A stretch of DNA of 64,000 nt. It comes from Paraspadella gotoi. Taxonomy: Eukaryota; Animalia; Chaetognatha. The position numbers and the translations under genes were made by a program. The stretch is from contig JBJCIZ010000239.1 in assembly GCA_051294375.1 (NCBI GenBank), positions 3,824,402 to 3,888,401 on the forward strand. The letters are read 5' to 3'. This document shows, piece after piece, positions 63,162-64,000 of the stretch (position 1 is its first letter; every line of letters begins with the position of its first letter). Under the pieces are notes generated by a model that saw only the letters and a list, made by a program, of their open reading frames with translations, was not told the origin of the DNA and did not search any database.

Positions 63162-64000
63162 TCAAAGTAAAAATGTCAAAAGTTCTAAAATTGTTGTGTA
63201 ATGGCAGTTGGTTTTAAAAACTTGCAATTGAAATATTTTTAATAGATTAAATAGCATTCTTGAAATAAATTGTTTACAACCAAGTTTTGTCAAATGGCCT
63301 GGTTTGTTTTCTTGTTTTAACTCTACAAATACAGCAGCAAGATTAATGAAGGCAAAATAAAGAATACTAAACATGACATATTTGAAAAGTCTGTGATATT
63401 TTTATGAATCCACAATTTGTAATTAAAACTTTTATAAAGGAATTCATAGTCTGTACGAGTATATAAGTTTAACTCGGAACAAAATTTGAAGGAATGAACA
63501 AAATTATGTGGTACTGTCGAACAACACTCGAAAAAAAAGCTAAGTTCCTCAAAAATTTTTTCAATATATTGAGAAGTATCCAAAGTGACCCAAAGAGCGC
63601 TTTTCTGTTGTTTTGACTTTGTTATTTCTTTTCCGTAATATTTCAATGATACATAAACGGTCGTGTAGAAAAGAAAGAAAAGTAAAATGAAAAGAAACTT
63701 TTTAAAAATGTTTCTTTTTCGTCCTTTGATTTCGATAGAAAATATTAAAGCGAAAAAGGGAAAGAATGAAAGAGAAAAGAAAAAGAAAAAGTTTTCATTG
63801 AGAACGAAGAAAGAGTAAAAGGCGAACCAAGTATTCACCAAAGTGAACGAGGCGATTTGGCCTTGATAAGAGCCATTGGGGTAACAAGCACTAAAAATGT
63901 CCTTGTATTTGTCCACATTGACGTTAAGAATCGAAGAAAACACAATAAATGGGAGAAATAAAGAAAAAACTGTTGACAAAATGATCGAAATGCGACGAAT
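63162..64000 (-). CDS. AT-rich, apparently intronless multi-pass membrane protein, 5'-truncated by the window edge; possible frameshift near 63370
   Basis: The frame is open from the window edge (IRRISIILSTVFSL...) to 63323 (more than 218 aa) with several hydrophobic segments and Cys-containing loops; the overlapping ORF 63374-63162 could continue it. No family recognised. Confidence 0.45.

Overview
Eukaryotic (probably invertebrate metazoan) draft scaffold with GC/CpG-rich exons, AT-rich introns, abundant (GA)n microsatellites and several N gaps. Four spliced genes can be reconstructed by hand: an ARL4-family small GTPase (+, 6065-16957, 5 exons), a three-finger Ly6/uPAR (quiver-like) protein with a predicted GPI anchor (-, 23063-25547, intact in the second of two tandem copies), a DOCK-C (DOCK6/7/8, Zizimin-related) Rho-GEF (+, 26641-54067, about 28 exons) and an ankyrin-repeat protein with an apparent signal peptide (-, about 55720/56102-59224). 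An AT-rich multi-pass membrane ORF runs off the right end. Four large duplications (two tandem, two inverted) lie next to N gaps and are full of indels, so they look like unpolished long-read or second-haplotype gap fills; comparing the copies exposes polymorphic insertions. The most notable non-genic signals are a minimal Penelope-type hammerhead ribozyme (4417-4462), a TRIM-like LTR element with a tRNA-Trp-like PBS (14090-14942), small TG...CA solo-LTR-like elements (one with a tRNA-like module, others sharing a covarying hairpin), a MITE family filled with telomere-like TTAGGG repeats, a foldback element with an 8-bp TSD, and a 32-bp minisatellite that multiplies a DOCK splice donor. All calls are by eye; no searches were run.
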